Program-made: the position numbers and the translations under genes
Notes under the pieces: model-generated
Databases searched by the model: none
What the model was told of the DNA's origin: nothing
Seen by the model: only the letters and a program-made list of their open reading frames with translations
Assembly: GCA_965216325.1 (NCBI GenBank)
Contig: OZ244160.1
Coordinates: forward strand, 2,208,001 to 2,272,000
Direction of reading: 5' to 3'
Length of the DNA stretch: 64,000 nucleotides
Source: Coraliomargarita sp.
GTDB taxonomy: Bacteria > Verrucomicrobiota > Verrucomicrobiia > Opitutales > Coraliomargaritaceae
In this document: positions 8,254 through 19,315 of the stretch, one piece after another
Layout of the letters: each line of letters starts with the position of its first letter
Numbering within the stretch: the first letter of the stretch is position 1

Positions 8254-9523
8254 CAGACGTTTCGAGGATGATATAGCGCCCGTCCTTCTTTTCCATTGCT
8301 GGCAATTTCTCGCTTTCAGGCACAATTCCCCAGAAGGTGTCCGCCTCTTCGACGCTCTTGAGGTCGAGGTAGTGTTTGCGGATAACCGCTTCGGAGTTGC
8401 CAGCCTGCAGCGCGGCATCTCCGACGGAGCGGAAGGCGCCTACTGTCATCGAAATGAATGTGTGACGCATCACGTCATGTGTCAGCTTTCGTTGCTCGCG
8501 AACATCGGCCCACATGTCGCGGAAGCGACGTGGCGGGATGATCGGATATTCGTCGAGTGGATACTTTTTGAGCCATTCGATTAGATTAGGCTGCATTTTG
8601 ATCGTGCGCTTCTCGTTCACCTTCGAGGCCTCGGGCTCAATGAGGATCACTTCGGTATCGAAGCGGAAATCCTTCGCCTTGAGCTTTTTAATTTCGCCAT
8701 CTTTCCAGTCCGGGCGGATGCCGGCAAACAATGTTAGCGCGTAGTAGGGAACCATGCAGCCGGGCTTGCCCCAATAAGTGCCGTCCTTGTTTTGTGGGCC
8801 TTGGTAAGTTTCGAGCCACTTCATGAAGTCGGCAGTCTCTTGGGCGCTGAGCGTGTCGGCGGTGCCGCGCGCTTGTTTCACTCGGAACTTGGGCACCTCG
8901 AGGATGATATCCGAGGCCACATACTTCTTAGAGAGGCAGAATTTGAAGAAGGTGCTCAAGTAACCTCTGCGATTGTTCCAAGTCTTGAGTGAAGGCACAG
9001 CCTTCGATCGACCGAGTGGAGAATCCAGATAGGTTTTGATTTCGTCGGCCTGAATTTCGCCAACGATGCGCTCTGTGAAGTAGCCTTTGAGCTTCTTCAT
9101 CTCAATCCGGATCGCACGTTCCTGTCGGCTGGAGATCAGCCCGCGCTCACATTCCTTCGATTTCTCGTTGATGTATTCGGTGACCGCCGCGTCGACGGTC
9201 ATCGTCTCGGCTGCCTCTTTGTAGTGCTCAAGGAAATATCTCACCGCAAAGGTGAGCGACTTCGAGAGCCCGGAATTTTTGAGGAGCGCCGTGGCCGCAA
9301 TCGCGTCACGGTTCTGATCATGGGTGAGGGTGGTCCAGACGGTCTGACCTTCGGACTCGCCATTGAGGTGCTCAATTTCGAGGCCTTGACGTTCGGACAC
9401 CGCCTCGGCACGTGTCGCGAAATTTTTGCGGATACGCTTACCATTAAGCGTGCCCGAAAGCCGCCAGACTTCCTGGCCGCTTGGGTTGGTGAACTTGGAG
9501 AGTTTGAATCGATGATTTGCCAT
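8240..9523 (-). CDS. Tyrosine recombinase/integrase
   Basis: Catalytic pattern FAGIR...SK...HDVMRH...AGNS...HY; adjacent to the tmRNA 3' end. Confidence 0.92.
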   Translation of the reverse strand: MANHRFKLSKFTNPSGQEVWRLSGTLNGKRIRKNFATRAEAVSERQGLEIEHLNGESEGQTVWTTLTHDQNRDAIAATALLKNSGLSKSLTFAVRYFLEHYKEAAETMTVDAAVTEYINEKSKECERGLISSRQERAIRIEMKKLKGYFTERIVGEIQADEIKTYLDSPLGRSKAVPSLKTWNNRRGYLSTFFKFCLSKKYVASDIILEVPKFRVKQARGTADTLSAQETADFMKWLETYQGPQNKDGTYWGKPGCMVPYYALTLFAGIRPDWKDGEIKKLKAKDFRFDTEVILIEPEASKVNEKRTIKMQPNLIEWLKKYPLDEYPIIPPRRFRDMWADVREQRKLTHDVMRHTFISMTVGAFRSVGDAALQAGNSEAVIRKHYLDLKSVEEADTFWGIVPESEKLPAMEKKDGRYIILETSDENE

Positions 9524-9570
9524 GCTGTATTTGAGATTTGCCAATTAGTATTGGCAAATCGTGGCAAATG
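9514..9570. repeat. Four copies of TGGCAAAT (two inverted, two direct); candidate integrase arm sites
   Basis: ATTTGCCA at ~9515 and ~9536, TGGCAAAT at ~9552 and ~9562, between the tmRNA end and the integrase start. Confidence 0.5.
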
Positions 9571-9574
9571 TCGA

Positions 9575-9928
<354 letters not shown>

Positions 9929-10085
9929 GTTGGAAATTCTGAAATGCTGAAAGGTGAAACCTGATAGCGCCGATTTCGCGGAATGCCGGAAAGAACTCGT
10001 TTTGTCATTACAGAGGTTCTTTCAAAGAGCGTCGTCTACTCTCTGACTTGAGGCTCTCGGCTGCAAGCAAATCTTATGGGTGTTT

Positions 10086-10544
10086 TTAGCCCCAGTCCTC
10101 CATGCGGAAGAGGTAGATGAGGCCTGTGCCGCTCACTGCGACGCGTATCTTGCCATCGCTGATGTTGCCGTCGTCAATCATTTGGTCTAGCTGCACGGCT
10201 TGCTCTGCAGTGAACTTTAAGTTGTAGACGTAAATATAGGTGTAGCGGCTGGAGTTGATGTAAAACCAGCTGTAGTTGCCGTTGAGCCAAGCTTTGGGGA
10301 GGTATTCGGCAACTAGCTCTGGCACACGTGAGTAAGTCATCGTGTTGGGGTAGGCGCCGCTTTCTGTGCTGTAGAATTCAACAGCTTCCCCGAATTTCTT
10401 GAGGTCGTTTGCGGTGACGGTCGCTTTGGCTCTATCTGTTGCGTAGCGTATGCTCGGCATGCTCATGAGTGCGAGAATGCCGATTACGCCAACGACGACC
10501 ATTATCTCGAGGATGGTAAAGCCGGACTGGGTCTTGGACTTCAT
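10086..10544 (-). CDS. Prepilin-type N-terminal cleavage/methylation protein (pseudopilin)
   Basis: G|FTILE motif followed by a hydrophobic helix. Confidence 0.9.
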   Translation of the reverse strand: MKSKTQSGFTILEIMVVVGVIGILALMSMPSIRYATDRAKATVTANDLKKFGEAVEFYSTESGAYPNTMTYSRVPELVAEYLPKAWLNGNYSWFYINSSRYTYIYVYNLKFTAEQAVQLDQMIDDGNISDGKIRVAVSGTGLIYLFRMEDWG

Positions 10545-10669
10545 GATTTTTTAGGGTTTACGGCCCATTTCCTGTGGAATGCTCTCAGACCAATGTAAGG
10601 AAGTCAATAGAGTGTATTATGCGAAGGGACTTGCTGATTTGCAAGGATTTTACATTTGAAGTGGTTTGG

Positions 10670-11629
10670 CTAGAGGTTGAATAGATGCTCAAAGTAGGCT
10701 CGTTTGGCTTTCGGGTCGTAGATGGCGATCGATTTGTTCGGGCCTTTGGCGATGAGCCCATCGCTGATTTTTGCGCTGATCTCGTTCTGCCATTCTTGAA
10801 ATGCTTCGAATGGGATGTCTCCGTCCGGGGTGATGGGCTGTCCGCCTTTACCTTCGCTGGTAGGAATGTAGGCTTTGTAGCGACTGACGATTTCCTGATT
10901 CATCATGCGGCGTATGGTCATATCATTGTTTTCGGCCCAAATTTTAAAGTTCTCTGCACTGATGTCGAATTCGTAGACCTGCACTTGCTTGGATTTGTAG
11001 TAGGAGATGTTGCTGGCGCTCTTCGGCAGCCAGTTCACTCGCTTGACGTTTTCGGCGTAGTCAGGAGCGCTGCTCATGAAGAAAAAGACTGCGAGCGGTA
11101 GTGCGATGAAACATGCAATTAGGCCATATAGAGCGCGAACGTCGCGACGTGTCTTTGGTTTGAAGGATTCGAGCGCGTCTTCGTAGAAGCGGAGTGTGAT
11201 GTTTGCTCGGGTCTTTGTCTTGCCTTCGCGGGCAATGAGTTCTTCGTAGGAACTGAGGCGCCAGCGTTTTTGTAGCTTGTTGTAGTGCTCCAGTGCCTCT
11301 TTTTCGAGGGCCTGTTCGGCTGCGTGGGTGGTGTCGATGCGAAGGACGCTGATGTAGCCTTCGTGGGTTACGGAGGTCCAGCCAGAGCTTTCGTTGCGGA
11401 AGTAGCCGCCGAGTTGGAAGCTGTCCATATTCCAGCGGCGATGGCCTGCGTAGATGACTTTGGTATCATCGTCGAAGGGGCCATTGTAAAAGTCCAAGCG
11501 GACTTGGTTGTCCTTGAGCCCAGCGTCTTTTTGGTAAGTCTTTTGCTTATCTTTGCTGGTAAATGCGCCTAAAGCATGTAGTGAGCCGTCGGAGTCGACT
11601 CGCACTAGGATATGCAGATAGGGTAGCAT
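10670..11629 (-). CDS. Hypothetical single-pass membrane protein
   Basis: 319 aa with one central TM helix. Confidence 0.75.
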   Translation of the reverse strand: MLPYLHILVRVDSDGSLHALGAFTSKDKQKTYQKDAGLKDNQVRLDFYNGPFDDDTKVIYAGHRRWNMDSFQLGGYFRNESSGWTSVTHEGYISVLRIDTTHAAEQALEKEALEHYNKLQKRWRLSSYEELIAREGKTKTRANITLRFYEDALESFKPKTRRDVRALYGLIACFIALPLAVFFFMSSAPDYAENVKRVNWLPKSASNISYYKSKQVQVYEFDISAENFKIWAENNDMTIRRMMNQEIVSRYKAYIPTSEGKGGQPITPDGDIPFEAFQEWQNEISAKISDGLIAKGPNKSIAIYDPKAKRAYFEHLFNL

Positions 11630-11929
11630 TGGAGGTTATTTAGGCGGTTTAGCGATCGGGGGAAGTTGCTAATAGTGATGTTTTTTCTGAGATGTTGACG
11701 TCAGAGTCAACACTGGAGGGGTGTATCGAATCTGCGGATACTCCAGGACTCAATCGTTTTATTGGTTAAATATGTATCCCTCGCTTTGATAGAAGTGTTG
11801 AAGATGGGCTGGATCGTAACAGCGTTTGTTGCTTGAGGGGTATTGTTACTCTTTCAGTGGTATGGTAAGACTGTCCGTTGAGCTCAGGGCTATAACCTTT
11901 GCTGGTCTTGAGGGATTTGTGTTGAACCC

Positions 11930-11966
11930 AAAAAAAGCCCGACCTCTATTCGGAGGGGCCGGGCGG
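11930..11966 (-). terminator. Rho-independent terminator of mdh
   Basis: GCCCGGCCCCT...AGAGGTCGGGC followed by a T-run on the minus strand. Confidence 0.75.
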
Positions 11967-11990
11967 TGGGTTTGAGCTAGTTTGCGTTGC

Positions 11991-12974
<984 letters not shown>

Positions 12975-13085
12975 AATCTTATACTCGATTTAGGTTTTAG
13001 GTGAATACGGAAGAGTTAAGAGCGCTCGCCCATGAAAGCAAATCTAATATTGCCTTGAGTTTTAATTAGATCCGCTAACTGGTTG

Positions 13086-14138
13086 CTAGCTGAACAGTGG
13101 AGCCAATTCGGTGTGTGCCTGCTTGATGATCTGCTCGGTGGTCTCCCAGTCGATACAGCCATCGGTGATGGAGACGCCATACTTGAGGTCTTCAACGGGT
13201 TGTGGGAAGCTTTGGTTGCCTGCATTGATGTTGCCTTCGATCATGGCGCCGATGACGCTCTTGTCGGTGAGGCTTTGACGGACCAGTTCTTGGAAAACTG
13301 CAGGCTGGCGCGCGGGGTCTTTGGAGCTGTTGGCGTGGCTGCAGTCGATCATGATGGCCGGAGTGAGGCCTGCGGACGCGAGTTTTTCACGCGCTTCAGC
13401 AACGTCATCGGCGCCGTAGTTCGGGCCCTTGGAGCCACCGCGGAGCACGATGTGGCAGTTTGGATTGCCGCTTGTGGTGATTGCGTTGGCTTGGCCCTGG
13501 TTGTCGATGCCGAGGAAGGTTTGTTCTTGGCTGGCAGCCTTGATCGCGTTGATCGCGACGCCAAGGCCGCCATCGGTGCCATTTTTAAAGCCGAGCGGCA
13601 TGGAGAGGCCGGAGGCCATTTGTCGGTGGGTCTGGCTCTCGGTGGTGCGGGCGCCAATTGCGGACCAGCATACCAAGTCGGCAATGTATTGCGGTGTAAT
13701 GGGGTCGAGGAGCTCGGTCGCGGTTGGCACGCCGAGGTCAATGACTTCCTTGAGAAAGCTGCGTGCGATACGCAAACCGGCTGGGATGTCGCTGGTGCCG
13801 TCGAGCTTTGGATCCATGATTAGCCCCTTCCAGCCTACTGTGGTACGTGGCTTTTCGAAGTAAACGCGCATTACCAAAAGCATGCGGTCTTTAACCTCTT
13901 CGGCGAGCTTCGCGATTTTTTGGGCGTATTCGCGTCCAGCTTCGAGATCATGGATGGAGCATGGGCCGACTACAACCAGCAGGCGACGGTCGTCACCAAA
14001 AATGATCTTGTTGATCGCTTCGCGGCTTTCGGCGACAAATTTTTGGGCGGCTTCTGTTTTTTGAATCTCCTCGCAGAGCGCAATTGGAGAGGGAAGCAGC
14101 GTCTTGGATGTAATATTGATATCGGTGACAGTTTTCAC
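13086..14138 (-). CDS. aroG: 3-deoxy-7-phosphoheptulonate (DAHP) synthase, class I
   Basis: GPCSIHD, KPRTTVGWKG, IGARTTESQTHR, DCSHANS; probable GTG start at 14138; aroG/aroF subtype not resolvable. Confidence 0.93.
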   Translation of the reverse strand: MKTVTDINITSKTLLPSPIALCEEIQKTEAAQKFVAESREAINKIIFGDDRRLLVVVGPCSIHDLEAGREYAQKIAKLAEEVKDRMLLVMRVYFEKPRTTVGWKGLIMDPKLDGTSDIPAGLRIARSFLKEVIDLGVPTATELLDPITPQYIADLVCWSAIGARTTESQTHRQMASGLSMPLGFKNGTDGGLGVAINAIKAASQEQTFLGIDNQGQANAITTSGNPNCHIVLRGGSKGPNYGADDVAEAREKLASAGLTPAIMIDCSHANSSKDPARQPAVFQELVRQSLTDKSVIGAMIEGNINAGNQSFPQPVEDLKYGVSITDGCIDWETTEQIIKQAHTELAPLFS

Positions 14139-14204
14139 AGTGCGCGATCTGTAAGGCACAGATAGTGAGGGAACAAGGCAGAAGTTTGCTCTTCTTTGGG
14201 GGTG

Positions 14205-14224
14205 AGTGGTCAAATTTGACCACT
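14205..14224. promoter_or_regulatory. Perfect 20-bp palindrome, candidate regulator site
   Basis: AGTGGTCAAA|TTTGACCACT between the divergent aroG and amtB genes. Confidence 0.5.
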
Positions 14225-14272
14225 TGTCATGCCAGAGTCATATTTTTCATAAAATCTCGGGATATTTCAAAT

Positions 14273-14288
14273 TGGCATGGTGGGTGCT
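14273..14288 (+). promoter_or_regulatory. Sigma-54 (-24/-12) promoter of amtB-glnK
   Basis: TGGCATGGTGGGTGCT has GG-N10-GC spacing upstream of a nitrogen-regulated operon. Confidence 0.65.
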
Positions 14289-14383
14289 TGGGTGGACCCA
14301 GATTCGTATTTAGTCGAATCACCAATCGAGCCGCAAGGCTCAGGACTCAACAACACATATATAAAAACCTAACACAACTAATC

Positions 14384-15826
14384 ATGAAGATTAAACAATA
14401 TCTACTCGCGCTGCTGCTAGGCTGTGTCGCTCTATTTAGTGCGTCGCCTGCAGTTGCAGAAGAAGAGGTCGATGAAGCGGCTGTTGCTGCTGCGATTGAA
14501 CTGTCGCTTGCGCCTGCGAAGGCTGCAGCTGCAGCTGGTGACGGTAACGCTGCCGATTATATCGCAATGGTCGAAGAGCAAGGTTTGGGTGCATACGCAT
14601 TCGACTTCTTTACGATCTCGATGCTCTGGACAGTGATCGCTGCTGCTTTGGTGTTCGTTATGCACCTTGGTTTCGCAACGCTTGAGGCTGGTCTGACGCA
14701 GTCCAAGAACACTGTTAACATTCTGTTCAAGAATGTATTCATTATCTGCATCGGTCTGCTTACATACGCTGCGGTTGGTTTTAACACTCACTACCCATGT
14801 GGCTCTTGGATCATCGAGAACGTGCTCGCTCTTAATGGACCACTTGGTGCTGGCAATGTGGACGACACTTGGGGCTACGGTGGCCTTAGCTTGGCAATGA
14901 CCGGCTATGGTGACTTCATCTTCCAGGCGATGTTCGCTGCAACTGCGGCTACGATCGTTTCCGGTGCGGTTGCTGAGCGTGTTAAGCTTACAAGCTTCAT
15001 GATTTTCGCTACGCTTCTTGTAGCATTTGCTTACCCAATGGTTGGTGCATGGCACTGGGGTGAAGGCTGGTTGAACCAAATGGAAAACCCATTCTACGAC
15101 TTCGCTGGTTCGACTGTGGTTCACGCGTTCGGTGGTTTTGCCGCTCTCGCTTGTGTGATCGTTCTCGGTCCACGTGCTGGCAAGTATGTTGACGGTCGCA
15201 TCAAGCCGATCCTCGGCCACAGCATGCCGCTTGCAACTATCGGTGTATTCCTCCTTTTCCTCGGTTGGTTCGGTTTCAATGGTGGTTCCGTTCTTTCCGC
15301 GAACCCAGCTGGTGTTGGTCTTGTATTTGTAACAACTGCTCTCGCGGCAGCTGCTGGTGGTCTTGCTTCCATTATCGTATCCTGGAGTTTCCTCAAGAAG
15401 CCTGACCTCTCCATGGCATTGAATGGTATTCTTGCCGGTCTGGTTGGTATCACAGCTGGTGCTGACGCAATGGGCCCATGGGCTTCTGTGATCGTCGGTG
15501 CAATCGCCGGTGCGATCGTTGTTTTCTCCATCATCTTCTTCGACAAGATCAAGATCGACGATCCAGTCGGTGCGATCTCTGTTCACGGTGTATGTGGTAT
15601 CTGGGGCACACTTGCAGTCGCGTTCTTCGGCGGTGCTAGCTTTATGTCTCAGCTTATCGGTGTGGTTGCTGTTTCTCTTGCAGCTTTCATCTTCTCCATC
15701 GTCGTATTCGGCCTGCTCAAGGTTGTCATGGGTGTGCGTGTCTCTCCTGAGGAAGAAGCTGAAGGCCTCGATATCGGTGAGCACGGTCAAGAAGCATATC
15801 CTGACTTCGCTGGTAGCGCTCGCTAA
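14384..15826 (+). CDS. amtB: Ammonium transporter
   Basis: FQAMFA, SGAVAER, DFAGSTVVH, WFGFNGGS, DDPVGAISVHG; signal peptide from ATG 14384. Confidence 0.97.
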   Translation: MKIKQYLLALLLGCVALFSASPAVAEEEVDEAAVAAAIELSLAPAKAAAAAGDGNAADYIAMVEEQGLGAYAFDFFTISMLWTVIAAALVFVMHLGFATLEAGLTQSKNTVNILFKNVFIICIGLLTYAAVGFNTHYPCGSWIIENVLALNGPLGAGNVDDTWGYGGLSLAMTGYGDFIFQAMFAATAATIVSGAVAERVKLTSFMIFATLLVAFAYPMVGAWHWGEGWLNQMENPFYDFAGSTVVHAFGGFAALACVIVLGPRAGKYVDGRIKPILGHSMPLATIGVFLLFLGWFGFNGGSVLSANPAGVGLVFVTTALAAAAGGLASIIVSWSFLKKPDLSMALNGILAGLVGITAGADAMGPWASVIVGAIAGAIVVFSIIFFDKIKIDDPVGAISVHGVCGIWGTLAVAFFGGASFMSQLIGVVAVSLAAFIFSIVVFGLLKVVMGVRVSPEEEAEGLDIGEHGQEAYPDFAGSAR

Positions 15827-15858
15827 TCCGCCAAGCCAATTAACCATCAACCATCTAA

Positions 15859-16209
<351 letters not shown>

Positions 16210-16248
16210 GCTTCTCGGACTCAAACATTACTCTCTTCTGAGTCCACT

Positions 16249-16282
16249 GCGGTCATCCCTTCGGGGGTGGCCGCTTCTTTTT
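16249..16282 (+). terminator. Terminator of amtB-glnK
   Basis: GCGGTCATCCC-TTCG-GGGTGGCCGC followed by T-rich tail. Confidence 0.8.
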
Positions 16283-16446
16283 GCAGGCCATCTTGCTCCT
16301 ACTCAAAATGGCGGAGGGGATTACGATTAAGAGTAGGATTATGATTAAGATGTGAGTGCAGGCGCATCTGCGCTACACCTTGAATTGTTTACCTGAATTT
16401 TTTTCAAAAAGGTGGAACTCTTCTTGGGGAGTGCTGACTACCATAG

Positions 16447-16548
16447 CATCAACCGTGGGTTGAATCATTTTTTCATATGAGTTAGTTAGGGTAACTAAGG
16501 TTAGCAGTGAGCCTCGTCTTCAATAGGAGTCGGGGCTCTTTGTTTTTT
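16447..16548 (+). ncRNA. Candidate sRNA, GUUAG family copy 1
   Basis: GGAAC-N17-GACTA upstream, 5' hairpin TCAACC/GGTTGA, GTTAGTTAGGGT core, AAUA-loop terminator with U-tract; no ORF. Confidence 0.6.
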
Positions 16549-16662
16549 GTGAGCTCGCTTGATGGTTGGCGGTCAATGCATAGCGCTTGTGGGCTGGATG
16601 TATGTCCTTCGAGTTTGTGTAGAATTTTTGGAACTCTTTTGCTGGGGCGCTGACTACCGTCG

Positions 16663-16764
16663 TATCAACCGTGGGTTGAATCATTTTTTCATATGAGTTA
16701 GTTAGGGTAACTAAGGTTAGCAGTGAGCCCCGTCTTCAATAGGAGTCGGGGCTCTTTGTTTTTT
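16663..16764 (+). ncRNA. Candidate sRNA, GUUAG family copy 2
   Basis: Same architecture as copy 1. Confidence 0.6.
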
Positions 16765-16830
16765 ATGAGCTCGCTTGATGGTTGGCGGTCAATGCATAGC
16801 GCTTGTGGGCTGGATGTTGGGCTTCTATGT

Positions 16831-16910
16831 GAATAAACGCGCTCCTCGATTTGAGAAACGCGTTATTGGGGTGGACCGGGGGATAGCCGATCCGAGGACT
16901 AAGAAGTTGC
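16831..16910 (-). ncRNA. Candidate C-rich sRNA, convergent with the tandem pair
   Basis: GGAAC(16942-38)-N17-GTCTA(16920-16) promoter; two stems pair fully (using G-U) only on the minus strand. Confidence 0.5.
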
Positions 16911-17210
16911 TAATGTAGACCATTAGCTGAGGCTAAGGTTCCATATTCGAATACGAAAATGCCCTCGAGGGGCGGGGCGATTAAGGGGCTTGAAGCTGTA
17001 TTAAAGCTATATGTTTGGTGTCATTAGGTTGGCGGGCAGGTTCCTGTCGATCTGTGGACTGCCGATGCCTGAGTTGAGTTTAATGTCGACGGGGCTGAGT
17101 TCGATGTGTGGCTCATTGGCCGCCAGTTCGGATGTCTCTATTGGCTCGTCGACGACTGCTTCTGGGCTAAAGGAAAATTCAATTACCACGGGTGCTTTGG
17201 AGAGTGTGCT

Positions 17211-17879
17211 CTATAGGCGCTTGAGGTATTTTTTATCGTTCTTGTCGATGAAGAGCACGCGCTTGTCTTGGATGATATAAACTTTAAGTCCAAGGCTGTA
17301 GTTGACGGTGTCACCCACGCTGTAGGCGTCGTCGTTGAGCAGGACTTTACTTTCGGTGCCTGAGAGGCGCACGCCGGAGATGCTGACCTTGCTGAGCCAG
17401 TCGATGATTTTTGGGTCGGGCTGGGCGGCGGCTTTGCGTGCAGCTTCCTCTTCGGCTGCTTTCTTGGCGGCGGCTGCGGCGAGTTCGGCTTCTCGTTGGC
17501 GTGCCGCTTCTGCCTCTGCCGCTTCACGTGCGCGCTGGAGTTCAGCGAGCACCTTGGGCGATTCTGCGGGGGTGAGTGGTGCGCTGATGGTTGCTGCGGG
17601 TTCTGCGGGTGCGCTCTCTTGTGGCTTGGCTTGCGCGGTGTTGATTGCTGGTGCCGGTTCGGCAATGGGCTCTTCCTTGAGTAGCATGACCGCAAGGACG
17701 GCGATCAGTCCGAGCATGACGGCGAAAGCCGCGACGAGTCCAAGTGTCAGTCCCATGTTCGGGCCTCGCTTAGGGCTGGGCGGTGTTGAAATGGTGTTGC
17801 TGCCGGAAAGCGATGGTGATGAGGGCGCACTGCTGCGGTCGCGTTGGGCCTTTTTGAGGGCTTGGTTGATCAGGCTCAT
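17211..17879 (-). CDS. GspB/ExeB-like membrane-anchored protein
   Basis: [12 protein letters not shown] start, TM helix, Pro/Ala linker, C-terminal VLLN...VGD domain; follows an ExeA-like ATPase. Confidence 0.8.
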   Translation of the reverse strand: MSLINQALKKAQRDRSSAPSSPSLSGSNTISTPPSPKRGPNMGLTLGLVAAFAVMLGLIAVLAVMLLKEEPIAEPAPAINTAQAKPQESAPAEPAATISAPLTPAESPKVLAELQRAREAAEAEAARQREAELAAAAAKKAAEEEAARKAAAQPDPKIIDWLSKVSISGVRLSGTESKVLLNDDAYSVGDTVNYSLGLKVYIIQDKRVLFIDKNDKKYLKRL

Positions 17880-17936
17880 ACTGGGAGTGAGAGTAAAAGT
17901 GGTCGTGAGGGTGGTTCAGGGTGTTGGCTGTTGGTG

Positions 17937-17998
17937 GAGTAGCAGTCTCGCCTGAGCCTTCTCTGTTGCTGTGAACACAGGCGGGGCGCCTGTGCTAC

Positions 17999-18000
<2 letters not shown>
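17937..18000. repeat. Degenerate GTAG REP doublet
   Basis: GAGTAGCA...CACAGGCGGGGCGCCTGTGCTACTC. Confidence 0.6.
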
Positions 18001-18823
<823 letters not shown>

Positions 18824-18900
18824 GGTGAGACGGAATCTTCTGAGCTTATTGGGAGATTACCCTTTTCAAGTGTGTGGAAATGGCTTCTTTATCGGTGCGA

Positions 18901-19206
18901 ATGCCGAAGGATTCTGCACAGAAAAAAGAGCGCGTGCTCCTGCTGATGATGCTGGGGGTGTTGATTGTGTTGGTAGTGTTTTTTAGCAGTCTCATTTTGC
19001 AGACGCATCGTGAATACAAGCACTTTAAGGAACGAGAAGCTAGGATTGAGGCTAAGCTCACTCAAGCCCGAAAAGAGTTCGAACAGAAAGAGGCTTATTT
19101 GGCGAGTATGTTGGAAGATCCTGAGTTTCTCGAGCGTGTGGCTCGCGAGCGGCTTGGATACTCACGTCCGGATGAAATGCTTTTTCGCTTCGAGGACGAA
19201 CCCTGA
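18901..19206 (+). CDS. Septum formation initiator (FtsB/DivIC family)
   Basis: TM helix plus coiled coil plus LERVARERLGY.RPDE. Confidence 0.85.
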   Translation: MPKDSAQKKERVLLLMMLGVLIVLVVFFSSLILQTHREYKHFKEREARIEAKLTQARKEFEQKEAYLASMLEDPEFLERVARERLGYSRPDEMLFRFEDEP

Positions 19207-19315
19207 TTTACTTGTGGGGTGTTTGCCTCGGTGAGCTTTAACTAGGATTTTACGTGCTCCAGTGTTCGGGGTTTGCATTTTCTGTGTCTGAGGCTAGGCA
19301 AGTGGGCTCCTAGTT

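Larger units (their letters stand above)
16414..16817 (+). repeat. Tandem direct repeat, 2 x ~188 bp, period 216
   Basis: 16414-16601 and 16630-16817 are nearly identical from ATCAACCGTGGG onward and differ mostly in the promoter spacer. Confidence 0.95.

Noticed and set aside
14432..15850. 472-aa antisense ORF over amtB (likewise 25396-26388, 26735-27673, 39122-40300, 58298-59503)
   Set aside because: Shadow ORFs produced by codon bias of well-supported genes on the opposite strand
16414..16817. CRISPR array or tandem riboswitch
   Set aside because: Only two long units with no unique spacers and no cas genes; no same-strand gene downstream to regulate
17007..17189. 60-aa minus-strand ORF after the GspB-like gene
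   Set aside because: Short GTG-start ORF with no motif; could be real but unsupported
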